IMG/VR virus record: IMGVR_UViG_3300029288_006769
Coordinates: 1 to 58,366 of that record
DNA: 58,366 nucleotides
Origin: a virus
Direction: 5' to 3' (one strand)
Shown here: positions 37,168 through 45,717 of the stretch, piece by piece
Position numbering within the stretch: the first letter of the stretch is position 1
Layout of the letters: the number at the start of each line of letters is the position of its first letter
Notes under the pieces: generated by a model
What the model saw: only the letters and a program-made list of their open reading frames with translations
What the model was told of the DNA's origin: nothing
The model's database searches: none
Position numbers and translations under genes: made by a program

Positions 37168-37376
37168 ATATACGTAAACTAGCAAGACGTAAACCGGCAA
37201 CAAGAATAGCTGTACCAGAAGAGGTAAAAAGTAAAGTAATACGTGTGCGTGTAACTGAGCAAGAATTTAAGACAATATATAGTGCTGCTAAACAGCGTGG
37301 AGTAACAGTAAGTATGTTGTTGATTGAAACTGTATTGAAAAAAATAAAAAGGGAGTTAAAAAATGGATGTGCTTGA
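37164..37376 (+). CDS. ribbon-helix-helix (CopG/MobC-like) DNA-binding protein
   Basis: KVIRVRVTEQEFKTIYSAAKQRGVTVSMLLIETVL fits the RHH beta-alpha-alpha pattern. An ATGA overlap gives the start at MNIRKLARRK. Confidence 0.45.
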   Translation: MNIRKLARRKPATRIAVPEEVKSKVIRVRVTEQEFKTIYSAAKQRGVTVSMLLIETVLKKIKRELKNGCA

Positions 37377-37521
37377 TGGTATTGAAAAGTTTGCTGACAG
37401 AGTGGGTAAGCTATTTGGGAGTAAGGGGTGGGTGATAAAAGCATTTGTTATGTTTGCGTGCGTGCTTGTGTGTGGCGGGTTGATAGTGATAGGAGCACTT
37501 GCAAAGAAGGATAGCAAATGA
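37363..37521 (+). CDS. 52-aa single-TM membrane micro-protein
   Basis: MDVLDGIEKFADRVGKLFGSKGWVIKAFVMFACVLVCGGLIVIGALAKKDSK. Its ATGA overlaps the next gene. Confidence 0.3.
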   Translation: MDVLDGIEKFADRVGKLFGSKGWVIKAFVMFACVLVCGGLIVIGALAKKDSK

Positions 37522-37733
37522 GTGCTGACAATAGCGAAATGATGAAGGAGCTGATAGAAGCACTTTGTTTTTATGCTGACCCTGATACTTATTTTGCTAT
37601 AGGTTTTTTTCCTGATTTGCCGTGTGGTGAGTTTATTAAAGATTTTGACGAGTCGAAAAAGCCTGGAGCAAGGGCCCGTAGTGTAATAAAAAAATACCAA
37701 GCAGAGTTACAGGGGTTATATGACGATAGATGA
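37518..37733 (+). CDS. hypothetical small protein
   Basis: Track ORF in a coupled series. Confidence 0.4.
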   Translation: MSADNSEMMKELIEALCFYADPDTYFAIGFFPDLPCGEFIKDFDESKKPGARARSVIKKYQAELQGLYDDR

Positions 37734-37989
37734 TGGCGAATATTACAGTGCGATACCGTATGTGCAGCTACGTAGACGCAGGGTAAGGCAGCCTGAAAAG
37801 AAGGAAATACGGCTTGACGTTGATGCATTTAGACAGGAGTTGCTTGATAATATAAAGCAGAACCCAACACAGATAGGTGATAAGCATATTGTAATGTGTT
37901 GGCCTGAGACAGAATCAACACGCCGTGTAAGGTTGAAGAAGTTTTTAGAAAAGCGTTTTTGTGTTGCGCCCTTGTTTAGACGAGGATGA
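37720..37989 (+). CDS. hypothetical small basic protein
   Basis: Track ORF. Confidence 0.4.
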   Translation: MTIDDGEYYSAIPYVQLRRRRVRQPEKKEIRLDVDAFRQELLDNIKQNPTQIGDKHIVMCWPETESTRRVRLKKFLEKRFCVAPLFRRG

Positions 37990-38122
37990 TAGCAATATAC
38001 ATGTGCGCTGGTTGTTTGAAAAGACTGAAAATGGTTTTTTGGTGGCAGGTTTGAGTTTGTGAAAGCAGAGAAAAGGGTACAAAAGCAGCAAATTGAAAAA
38101 AATAAATTGAGGTTTATAGTTA

Positions 38123-38302
38123 ATGAAAACTGAGGAAGTGATAAGTGCTTTGAGCGAGGCTTGTAAGTGTGGTGATAGTGCAGGTTTGCGGCAGTACCAC
38201 CAGCAGACAGCACCGCATATAAGTTATGTTGAGTGGCTTGAACGTAGAGTAGTTATATTGACTGAGTATATAGTTGAGAAAGCATTGAAAGAGCAAAAAT
38301 GA
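38123..38302 (+). CDS. hypothetical small protein (59 aa)
   Basis: MKTEEVISALSEACKCGDSAGL... Its ATGA overlaps the gene at 38299. Confidence 0.3.
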   Translation: MKTEEVISALSEACKCGDSAGLRQYHQQTAPHISYVEWLERRVVILTEYIVEKALKEQK

Positions 38303-38697
38303 CCATAGATGATTTGTGGCGCCCAAAGCCGAATCTGTGTGTGGCAAAAGATCTTGACGTCGAAATGTATTATGAGGACGTAATAAGTTGTATACAGAGT
38401 AACCCAAGGCAGAATGAAAATAAGGACCGTGTGTTGTGCAGGTACCAGAATCGAAATGTTTTGTTGGTTAGGTTTGTTAGAGAGGGCTATAATTATTTTA
38501 TTTTGAAGACATGGGGCTTTAAGGAAGCTTGTTCTGATTTTAGTATCAATTATAAGTTGTTGCATGTGCGTTGGGTGTTAGAGTATAGAGCAAGGCCCGA
38601 TGATATAGGTAGGTTTGAGTTGGTGAGAGAAGATGATGGAGATAGAGTGCAAGTGAAAGAGCAGCCTAAAATGAAGTTTAAGTGGCTGGCAGAATAG
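38299..38697 (+). CDS. small protein, member 2 of the C-terminal KFKW(L/I)A family
   Basis: It ends ...EQPKMKFKWLAE. Confidence 0.45.
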   Translation: MTIDDLWRPKPNLCVAKDLDVEMYYEDVISCIQSNPRQNENKDRVLCRYQNRNVLLVRFVREGYNYFILKTWGFKEACSDFSINYKLLHVRWVLEYRARPDDIGRFELVREDDGDRVQVKEQPKMKFKWLAE

Positions 38698-38709
38698 AAA
38701 GTTTGACAA

Positions 38710-39303
38710 ATGGCACGGCTTGGTGAGCGTAAGAGTATACGGTTAGAGAGCAATGATGGATTGGCGACTATAAGAGCAAACTTGTTAGCTGACCCGCAGC
38801 AGACAAGCCGTAGGAAACTTATGTTTGGGAAAAGCACTGGTATAACCTATGCTAATTTTAGTTTGCCGGTTTGGTTAAAGCGCGGGTATGAGTTGTACCG
38901 GGTGCGTAATAGTATAATCGAGTGGGACAGCACGAGCCGGACGTTTAGGTTAGTGCCCAAGGTGACAATGGATACATTGGTGGCTACGAGCGATGTGACT
39001 AAGAATAAGTTTAAATGGTTAGTTGATGAAACATTGGTTACATTAAAAAACCGCGATTTGGGTGATATAAGTAATGATATCCATCGATACTATGATGTAA
39101 TTACAAAGCCGCCAGCGACAAAGCCTTCAAGTGGTGGACAGTCGATACCTTGGAATTATATAACAACAAGCGAGGTGAATACGAATCCGTGTAATTGTTG
39201 TGGACTTTATGAGGTTTGTGAATCTTGTTGTGATGCTCAGTATCGTTTTGTATTTGACGATAGACCCGAGCCAAAGCCTAAGTTTGCATTTGTGTTTGGG
39301 TGA
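38710..39303 (+). CDS. protein with an internal KNKFKWLVDE and a C-terminal PKPKFAFVFG (family member 3)
   Basis: The motif occurs twice in one protein. Confidence 0.45.
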   Translation: MARLGERKSIRLESNDGLATIRANLLADPQQTSRRKLMFGKSTGITYANFSLPVWLKRGYELYRVRNSIIEWDSTSRTFRLVPKVTMDTLVATSDVTKNKFKWLVDETLVTLKNRDLGDISNDIHRYYDVITKPPATKPSSGGQSIPWNYITTSEVNTNPCNCCGLYEVCESCCDAQYRFVFDDRPEPKPKFAFVFG

Positions 39304-39306
39304 GTT

Positions 39307-39585
39307 ATGTGGACTGTGCGTGTAAATGATGGTTTTTGTACATGGGAGTATGAAATGACAGGTGAACATAGTAGCGTTGCAAATACAAGTATAGCTAATG
39401 TGATTAATGCAATTACTAAGAATACTGGTTTGATAGTTACAAAAGCTACTTTTATTAATGCAATTGAGCCGCAACAAGTGGAGTCGCAGGTAGACAAGCA
39501 GAATAAGCAGAACATAAAGTTTAAAAGTGGAAAAATAGGTGACCCAAAAATAAATGTAAAGTTTAAATTTTTAGCACAGGAGTGA
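39307..39585 (+). CDS. small protein, member 4 of the family
   Basis: It ends NIKFKSGKIGDPKINVKFKFLAQE. Confidence 0.45.
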   Translation: MWTVRVNDGFCTWEYEMTGEHSSVANTSIANVINAITKNTGLIVTKATFINAIEPQQVESQVDKQNKQNIKFKSGKIGDPKINVKFKFLAQE

Positions 39586-39588
39586 AGT

Positions 39589-39900
39589 ATGGTAAAAGAG
39601 ATAGTGGAGAATTTTGCAAAGAGTGGTGTGTCCCAGGCTGCTTTAGAGCGTATACTTGATTTGGGCCAGGGAGATTTGAGCAAAGAAGAGACGCCAGAAA
39701 TGATAGCTCTTATGCGTATTGTGGCGACATATCCTTGGTTGCTTAGTGTAGCTGAGCATCATTATGACGAAAAGTATGCAAATAGAGTCGTGTTGCATGT
39801 GGGTGTAGATGCATTGCTCGATATGCAAGAGCAATTAGCAGGTAGTGAGTGCAAGTGCGAAAAAGAGCAGCCAGCAAGTGAAGATGCAGGTAAGAGCTAA
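39589..39900 (+). CDS. hypothetical acidic protein
   Basis: Track ORF with SD AGGAGTGAAG. Confidence 0.45.
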   Translation: MVKEIVENFAKSGVSQAALERILDLGQGDLSKEETPEMIALMRIVATYPWLLSVAEHHYDEKYANRVVLHVGVDALLDMQEQLAGSECKCEKEQPASEDAGKS

Positions 39901-39928
39901 TTTGCATTGATTTTATTTTTATTATAGA

Positions 39929-40390
39929 TTGCGCGCAAGCGCGCACAGAGAGGGATTAGTAGTCATGTGGTTGGATACATTTAATGATACTGAAATAAAT
40001 GTAGGCATATGTGAAGCTTGTATGCAGGAGTTTTTCCCTGATGATAAACTTATGGAGAGTGCTGCTTCTTATCTGTGCCCTATATGTATGAGTGTAATTC
40101 AAGTAAGGGGCAAGATGGGCGTGCTTAAGTTGAGGAAAAGCGTATTTGAAGCACTCATGAACACAAAAACTAAACGTTTTATATTGTGCAAGCGTTGTGC
40201 TGACAGCAGGAATTTAACCAGCGAGAATATGACAAGTCCGTTCACAGACAAAAACAAGTATGTATGTCGGTTGTGTGGTAATAAAGAGGGACATGCTGAA
40301 TATATGTTGCCGAATAAAGAAGCAGATTTGTTGTTGAGAAAAAAGAACTCGAAAACAATTGACAAGTTAAAATTTCGTTTTATACAGTGA
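39929..40390 (+). CDS. multi-CxxC zinc-finger protein
   Basis: CEACMQE...CPICMS...CKRCAD...CRLCGN gives four CxxC pairs. Confidence 0.45.
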   Translation: MRASAHREGLVVMWLDTFNDTEINVGICEACMQEFFPDDKLMESAASYLCPICMSVIQVRGKMGVLKLRKSVFEALMNTKTKRFILCKRCADSRNLTSENMTSPFTDKNKYVCRLCGNKEGHAEYMLPNKEADLLLRKKNSKTIDKLKFRFIQ

Positions 40391-40397
40391 GTGTTAA

Positions 40398-40703
40398 ATG
40401 GCAAGAATTTGTGGCAAGCGTGGTAGAGCGATACCGTCAAGTAAGGTTTTTTGTTTCGATTGTGAGGTGAGCATGTTGGAGAAGCAGAAGAGCCCTGATG
40501 AAGAATTGAGAATGAGAGCCAATGAAATAATGTTGGGTTCAAAAGGTTTCATGTTGTTTGCTGTTACTCATTCTGGCGCAATAGAAGCTGTAGGTGATAC
40601 AACTAGACTTACGACAGTAGAACAACTTGGACTTGAGTACTATGTGCAAGAATTTAATCCGATTGAAATTGATGAAGACGAAGACGACCGAGCACCTTTT
40701 TGA
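40398..40703 (+). CDS. zinc-ribbon protein with an acidic tail
   Basis: ICGKRG...CFDCEV and a C-terminal IEIDEDEDD tract. Confidence 0.4.
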   Translation: MARICGKRGRAIPSSKVFCFDCEVSMLEKQKSPDEELRMRANEIMLGSKGFMLFAVTHSGAIEAVGDTTRLTTVEQLGLEYYVQEFNPIEIDEDEDDRAPF

Positions 40704-40715
40704 ACAGGAGAAAAT

Positions 40716-41213
40716 GTGGCTCTAGCTTTAAATATAGGTTGCCATGACATACATATTGCTGGTATGGTAAATGTAGACAATGACGCAGCAATGAAGCCTG
40801 ATTTGTTATTAGATTGTACGAAATTGACAAGCAAGTTTGAAAAGAACAGCGTTGATTTTGTGTATGCCGGGCATTTTTTTGAGCATTTTGATGTGCATGT
40901 AGGCAAACAAATTGTAATCGATATTTTTACTATATTGAAGGATTATGGTGTTCTAGTTGCTACAGTACCAGATTATACAAAATGTTTTGGTATGAAGATT
41001 GAGGAAGCTGAGCGAATTATTATAGCAGTGGGTACCCATAAGGTACTTATGAACATAGATAGATTGAGAGATTATTTGTGTTGTGCTGGTTTTAAAACTG
41101 TGGTACAAGCAAAGCCGAGTGAGTTAGCACATTGTCCGTTTCCTAATGTAGAGTGGCAGACAAGTATAATAGGCATAAAGCACCCGCATATAAATTTCCA
41201 TGGTATAGCATAG
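40716..41213 (+). CDS. class I SAM-dependent methyltransferase-like protein
   Basis: LNIGCH resembles motif I (LDxGCG-like) and VDFVYAGHFFEHF resembles a post-II motif. The size and pattern fit the Methyltransf_11/23 families. Confidence 0.45.
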   Translation: MALALNIGCHDIHIAGMVNVDNDAAMKPDLLLDCTKLTSKFEKNSVDFVYAGHFFEHFDVHVGKQIVIDIFTILKDYGVLVATVPDYTKCFGMKIEEAERIIIAVGTHKVLMNIDRLRDYLCCAGFKTVVQAKPSELAHCPFPNVEWQTSIIGIKHPHINFHGIA

Positions 41214-41417
41214 TTACCAGTACCATGTGTTGTTTTCATCTACGCTTGTGTCAATGCGGCCATTGATTCTATCTGATATGTTTGTTATGATTATGCTCAA
41301 GAATGCAGCAATGCCTATAATCCATAAAATAGTTTGTAACATAAGATTAATATACTACAATTAATAGGCTTTTGAATCAGTTCGAGTAGGTACGGGCACA
41401 TAGGTAATTATGGTGTT

Positions 41418-41720
41418 TTATTTTTTTATGGTTAGCCGCCATAGAATGATTGCTTTGCCGAGGTGCCCAGTTTTGCAAAGGTCTATTTTACTTAAAGTTG
41501 AGTAGTTTGTGGTGAGCAGTCCGCTGTTGAACCCTGAGCCCGTGTATTCGGGACAATCGTCAAAAAAAACATATTTTTTGATACTGTCGGGCGAAATTGG
41601 GGGATGTGACAGTATAAGGTTAAGAGCGCCGAAAGCTTTTCGAATTGCTATGCTTTGCTGATTTCGTGCTAAAATTTCTTTGAGAGCCTCAAAATCTGCA
41701 AGGGTGTATGTGTGTGTCAT
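41418..41720 (-). CDS. hypothetical protein
   Basis: Internal start MTHTYTL with SD AGGAGTAAAACC. Confidence 0.35.
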   Translation of the reverse strand: MTHTYTLADFEALKEILARNQQSIAIRKAFGALNLILSHPPISPDSIKKYVFFDDCPEYTGSGFNSGLLTTNYSTLSKIDLCKTGHLGKAIILWRLTIKK

Positions 41721-41812
41721 GGTTTTACTCCTAAGGTATACAGGGCAATGTACAAAAGGCAACCATAGATAATTATTAGGTTGCCTTTTGGGTATGACTA
41801 CGACCGTCGCGC

Positions 41813-43393
41813 TTATAAAGATAATGAAATTAGTTTGGGCCTGATTTTTGTATCCACCAGGACAATTTTTGTTTGTGCTGTGGCCGGGTATTTTGTGTTT
41901 GTTATTACTTTGAGTGATGCAAGTTCTCCCATGAGTGCACCGTCATAGGTGATTGTTACCAGGTTGCTGGTGTTTGCCTGGAATTCCGAGTTGTTGATTT
42001 GATGAATTGCACCCTGTAATGACGAACCTGCTCTGAAAGCGTAAGTTGCACCACCTGAACCGGCAATATGGATATAACCTTTGAACAAGCCAGGCCAACC
42101 GATTTGCCAGAGTTTCCCGCCGTCTTTTACGTAGAGCAACGTAGTAGAACTCGAGCTTGATTCGTACCAGTTACTGTTGATGCTCAACTCTTTGCTTACT
42201 ATGAAAATTACTTTGCCGGAAAAGATGCCCTGAACATCAGCAGTATAGAATGTTGGTACCGAATTGGAAATGGCAACAACCAGATAACCATTCCAAAGTT
42301 GATCGGCTGGTGTGTTGTCGTATGCATTTTGCAAGTTGGTACCGTTGAGTTTTGTGAAACCTAACGTTGAGAATTCTTTGATTTTATCCGAGGAAATTGT
42401 TGTCATGTTGATTATCGTTGCGTTTTCATTACCGCCTGAGATGTCAACATAGTCACTGATATTGAAGGAGCCTTTGTTTTCAAGAGCAGTGAGATTTTGG
42501 AATTGAGAAGCCATGCAACTACCTGAATGATAGGCTTTGTGGTTTTTCATGTCGACTTTGAAGGTGCCACTGATACTGTTCGTAAAGTACCCTTCTCCAT
42601 TGATATTGAGCGTGTTGAGCAGTTCAATATTTCTTTTGAAACCTGCTTTACCATTGACATCAAGTGAAGAGTTTTGCAATTTTACGGGCGTTTGGAAATA
42701 GGCATTTCCGTTAACAGTGAGTTGCCCGTTGAATTCCGTAGTAGTTCCATTGTCCCCGGTTTTGAGATAGCCGTTGATGATCGAGCCCGAGGCGTTGGAA
42801 TTGAACCGAACGCCACCACCGAAGTAGACATTGCCGTTGACGGTCATTTTCTGGTTGAAGTCGTAGCCGTCTTTCTGGATGTAGATTGCAAAGTCCTGTA
42901 CGGATGGTCGGTCAAATTCGGTACCGTCGAGTTGGTATGTTGCAACGGCTGTTTTTTTCTTGCCTGAAAATTGACCATAGCCGTTTCCTTGAACTATGAT
43001 ATGCGGGATGTTGTAACCGCCGTCACCTAATGCTTCACCGATTCCAAGAATGCAGACTGAAAATTTGGCTGGGTCGGTGACATTTGTGCTCATCGAGATT
43101 TTCTGTTCGCTTGAAGGGTCCGCCGAAAGGAGCCATTTTTTCGATTTTTCGGTCAGGTAATTGTTCATTACCGTTATCGATTCAACGGATTTCTTTTCAA
43201 GTTGGGTTTCGCAGGCTTTAACCGCAGTCGAAGCAGCCTGGTATGCGGAACGTGTTTTCCCTGCGTTTGCAACATTTGTCCTGTCATAACCGACCGTTTT
43301 GAGCATGACAGCGCCGGTAATACCGACGACGCAAACGAGACAAAGGGTGTAGACAATTGCGGCTGAACCGCGTTGATTGTTAAAGTTGAACAT
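41813..43393 (-). CDS. PilX-like type IV pilus minor pilin / assembly protein
   Basis: The N-terminus NNQRGSAAIVYTLCLVCVVGITGAVML resembles the PilX_N consensus (QRG followed by a hydrophobic helix). It is the last gene of the pilin-like operon. Confidence 0.35.
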   Translation of the reverse strand: MFNFNNQRGSAAIVYTLCLVCVVGITGAVMLKTVGYDRTNVANAGKTRSAYQAASTAVKACETQLEKKSVESITVMNNYLTEKSKKWLLSADPSSEQKISMSTNVTDPAKFSVCILGIGEALGDGGYNIPHIIVQGNGYGQFSGKKKTAVATYQLDGTEFDRPSVQDFAIYIQKDGYDFNQKMTVNGNVYFGGGVRFNSNASGSIINGYLKTGDNGTTTEFNGQLTVNGNAYFQTPVKLQNSSLDVNGKAGFKRNIELLNTLNINGEGYFTNSISGTFKVDMKNHKAYHSGSCMASQFQNLTALENKGSFNISDYVDISGGNENATIINMTTISSDKIKEFSTLGFTKLNGTNLQNAYDNTPADQLWNGYLVVAISNSVPTFYTADVQGIFSGKVIFIVSKELSINSNWYESSSSSTTLLYVKDGGKLWQIGWPGLFKGYIHIAGSGGATYAFRAGSSLQGAIHQINNSEFQANTSNLVTITYDGALMGELASLKVITNTKYPATAQTKIVLVDTKIRPKLISLSL

Positions 43394-43404
43394 AGAACCT
43401 CCTT

Positions 43405-44508
43405 TTAAAAAATTCCGTTGTTGAGCGTTTCGATTGTTTCAGTGCGTGTTTTCCATTCGTATTTCCCCGTTCTAGCTATTGATATGTTTCCTATTTCAAA
43501 TGGAGTAGTTTGGGCGTTACCTATATCGTTGGATTTGCTCCTTGTGACCATGGAAATTTTTATTGCGCGTACTGTTTTCTTTTTGGCAACTGATACACTG
43601 TCGAGCCATACAAATTTGCCGTAGTCCTGGCGTCTTACTTCAACACCATTGAGCATAAGTTGCCCTGAACTTTTTGTCCAGTATCGTATGGCAATTTTTC
43701 CTGTAGACGTTGCTTGCGTGTTGATTGTCAGGTGCTGGACGCGATTAACAGGCAGGAATTTTTCCACGCCCTTGTTTACTGTACTGTTGACAATACAACA
43801 TTGTAGCGAATCGAATATTTTGTCAGATACAATATCCAGTGCGACATTAAGGCGTTGGTTGGTGTCATTTGCAAATGATGTGTTGTAATAGATCATCCCT
43901 CTGCTTATACCAGAGAAATCGAACCGAACAGAGGAGCCTACGACTGTTGCTGTTGGTGTCGCACCGGATTCTGAGGCAATCAACCAGTTGCCGGGGATAG
44001 GTATCGGGTTCAAGTCCTGGAGCATCGAATCATTGGCAAATACTCCATATTGAAATTGTAGTCCTTGTACGTTAGCGCAAAATCGCAATTTCTGATTGTT
44101 GAGTTTCCTTATAAGGTTGTTCGAATCCAAATAGAATTCAACCGAGTCGGTCCGGACGTATTCACCGGTTTCTGACAGTTTTGCTTTGTAAATTTTCAGA
44201 GTGTCACTTGGGTCGCCCTGGCGTGCAACAAATGATGATGAATCCGCGATAAATGCGTTCGAAACAAGGTGTTTGTCGAATTTGGTGCCGTTGGGCGTCA
44301 GGTAGAATTTGCAGCCCATGTTGCGTATTTCGCGTACAAGGACGACAAGTGCATCTCTTGCATCGATCTGCATTTTTGTCATTTGCTGGGTTCTGTTGCT
44401 ACTCTTGGTTATGTCGGCATAGGATTTGTGCCAGAGTGAAATGACGATGCCGAAGATTACAATGCAGATCAGCAGTTCGATAATTGAAAGACCTTTTTGG
44501 TTGTTCAT
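43405..44508 (-). CDS. type IV prepilin-like protein (PilW/pseudopilin-like)
   Basis: MNNQKG|LSIIELLICIVIFGIV matches the prepilin peptidase site: G, then E at +5, then a hydrophobic helix. Confidence 0.55.
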   Translation of the reverse strand: MNNQKGLSIIELLICIVIFGIVISLWHKSYADITKSSNRTQQMTKMQIDARDALVVLVREIRNMGCKFYLTPNGTKFDKHLVSNAFIADSSSFVARQGDPSDTLKIYKAKLSETGEYVRTDSVEFYLDSNNLIRKLNNQKLRFCANVQGLQFQYGVFANDSMLQDLNPIPIPGNWLIASESGATPTATVVGSSVRFDFSGISRGMIYYNTSFANDTNQRLNVALDIVSDKIFDSLQCCIVNSTVNKGVEKFLPVNRVQHLTINTQATSTGKIAIRYWTKSSGQLMLNGVEVRRQDYGKFVWLDSVSVAKKKTVRAIKISMVTRSKSNDIGNAQTTPFEIGNISIARTGKYEWKTRTETIETLNNGIF

Positions 44509-44831
44509 TATATCCCCCTTGCAAACTGGGCATTTTTTGTTTTGTTGAAGGCACGCCAGGTGACTGTGATTGTTACTTGACTTACCTTTCCGGTGTCGGT
44601 GATTGTCCAGGTACGGACAAATTTGTAGTTGTCGACAACGGTTGAATCGACTCCGTTTGAGGGAGTGATTTGCACTTTGAGTTCCGCGAATTTGTCTTCA
44701 GCGACCAATTGCGCATTGTCGTTTAACCGCGCATCCTGTGACATCAGCAGAACATTGCGATAGCTCGCTGACATGTTGAGAGATACCATTGCAAGGATGA
44801 ACAATGCAATGATCAAACTGAGCAGCCTCAT
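44508..44831 (-). CDS. membrane-anchored PilV-like protein (first gene of the operon)
   Basis: Internal start MRLLSLIIALFILAMVSL with SD GGAGGCACC. The phage promoter core GAGATATCGTGCGC lies at 44878..44891. Confidence 0.35.
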   Translation of the reverse strand: MRLLSLIIALFILAMVSLNMSASYRNVLLMSQDARLNDNAQLVAEDKFAELKVQITPSNGVDSTVVDNYKFVRTWTITDTGKVSQVTITVTWRAFNKTKNAQFARGI

Positions 44832-44892
44832 GGTGCCTCCTACGTTAATTTTTGGTGAAGTTTTTTTCCTACAATGAGAGATATCGTGCGCC
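44832..44892 (-). promoter_or_regulatory. phage promoter/SD element driving the pilin-like operon
   Basis: Minus strand reads GCGCACGATATCTCTCATTGTAGG...GGAGGCACC-ATG. Confidence 0.5.
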
Positions 44893-44933
44893 CGGGTGTA
44901 ATCTGCCAACTATATTACATAGAACAGTGAGAA

Positions 44934-45227
44934 CTATATAGGTATAAATTCATCCTTATAACCTAATAGCATTCCTTCAGGGAAGCCTATGTTGCGGAGT
45001 CTTGCTAAAACAAAAGCAAACTGATGTTGTTCTGGTAACTCTGGAATTTCATATTCCAAAAGTTTTTCTATATAAACACGAGCTTCTTTGGGAGAGCATG
45101 TTTTGGGAAATAAAAACTTGAATTTTTTGTAATACTTTATTTTTTCGACTTTTTTTCTTTTTTCAAGGGTATCTTTGAATAATAGATATGAAATAAAAAA
45201 ACAAATTAATGCTAGTGCAATAGACAT
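44934..45227 (-). CDS. small membrane protein
   Basis: N-terminal TM segment IALALICFFISYLLF. Confidence 0.35.
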   Translation of the reverse strand: MSIALALICFFISYLLFKDTLEKRKKVEKIKYYKKFKFLFPKTCSPKEARVYIEKLLEYEIPELPEQHQFAFVLARLRNIGFPEGMLLGYKDEFIPI

Positions 45228-45237
45228 AGTTTACTCG

Positions 45238-45717
45238 TTAAACGATTAGTTCCCAGACAGCATCTTTTTTAGTTCCTGTTTTTTTGACTATTTTTCTTGA
45301 CTTCATTGTCCATAAAGTTTGTTGTACTTGCAAATATGCTATATGTATCTTATTGTCAGGGAAAAGTTTTTTTAAGCGAAGTTGGTTAACAATTTCGGTT
45401 ACTGCACCGTGTTTTATTTCTTGCAAAGTTTCACGTGTTACTTGTGACCAGTTTACTGACTTACAAGTCCAATCTGATTCTGATTCTATACCATTAAATA
45501 CTTCTTTATCTGGTATAAACATGATACTGTGCTCAAAAGAATCAATAACCCCAGTGTGTACGCAGCTTTCTAAGAAGTGAACAAATGCAAGCGTATGACG
45601 GTCGAAAGGCTTAGTTCTATGAATTTCTTGCAGAAACCCAATTCGGGACTTGGTTTTTATTACGTAGCACTTTGAAACACTTGTACTTTTGTCTTCAACA
45701 ATGACTGTTTCGCTCAT
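45238..45717 (-). CDS. hypothetical protein
   Basis: Track ORF. Confidence 0.4.
   Translation of the reverse strand: MSETVIVEDKSTSVSKCYVIKTKSRIGFLQEIHRTKPFDRHTLAFVHFLESCVHTGVIDSFEHSIMFIPDKEVFNGIESESDWTCKSVNWSQVTRETLQEIKHGAVTEIVNQLRLKKLFPDNKIHIAYLQVQQTLWTMKSRKIVKKTGTKKDAVWELIV

Noticed and set aside
34661-38565. Minus-strand ORFs inside the plus-strand block (34661..35053, 35218..35691, 37743..38213, 38224..38565 and others)
   Set aside because: They are antisense to tightly coupled plus-strand genes. Their Pro/Thr/His-rich translations follow from the strand composition.
12280-41420. Prophage attL/attR direct repeats flanking the array-type region
   Set aside because: No shared repeat is visible between the 12.3-kb and 41.3-kb boundaries. 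The promoter element also occurs right of 41 kb, so the whole window is one genome. No integrase was found.
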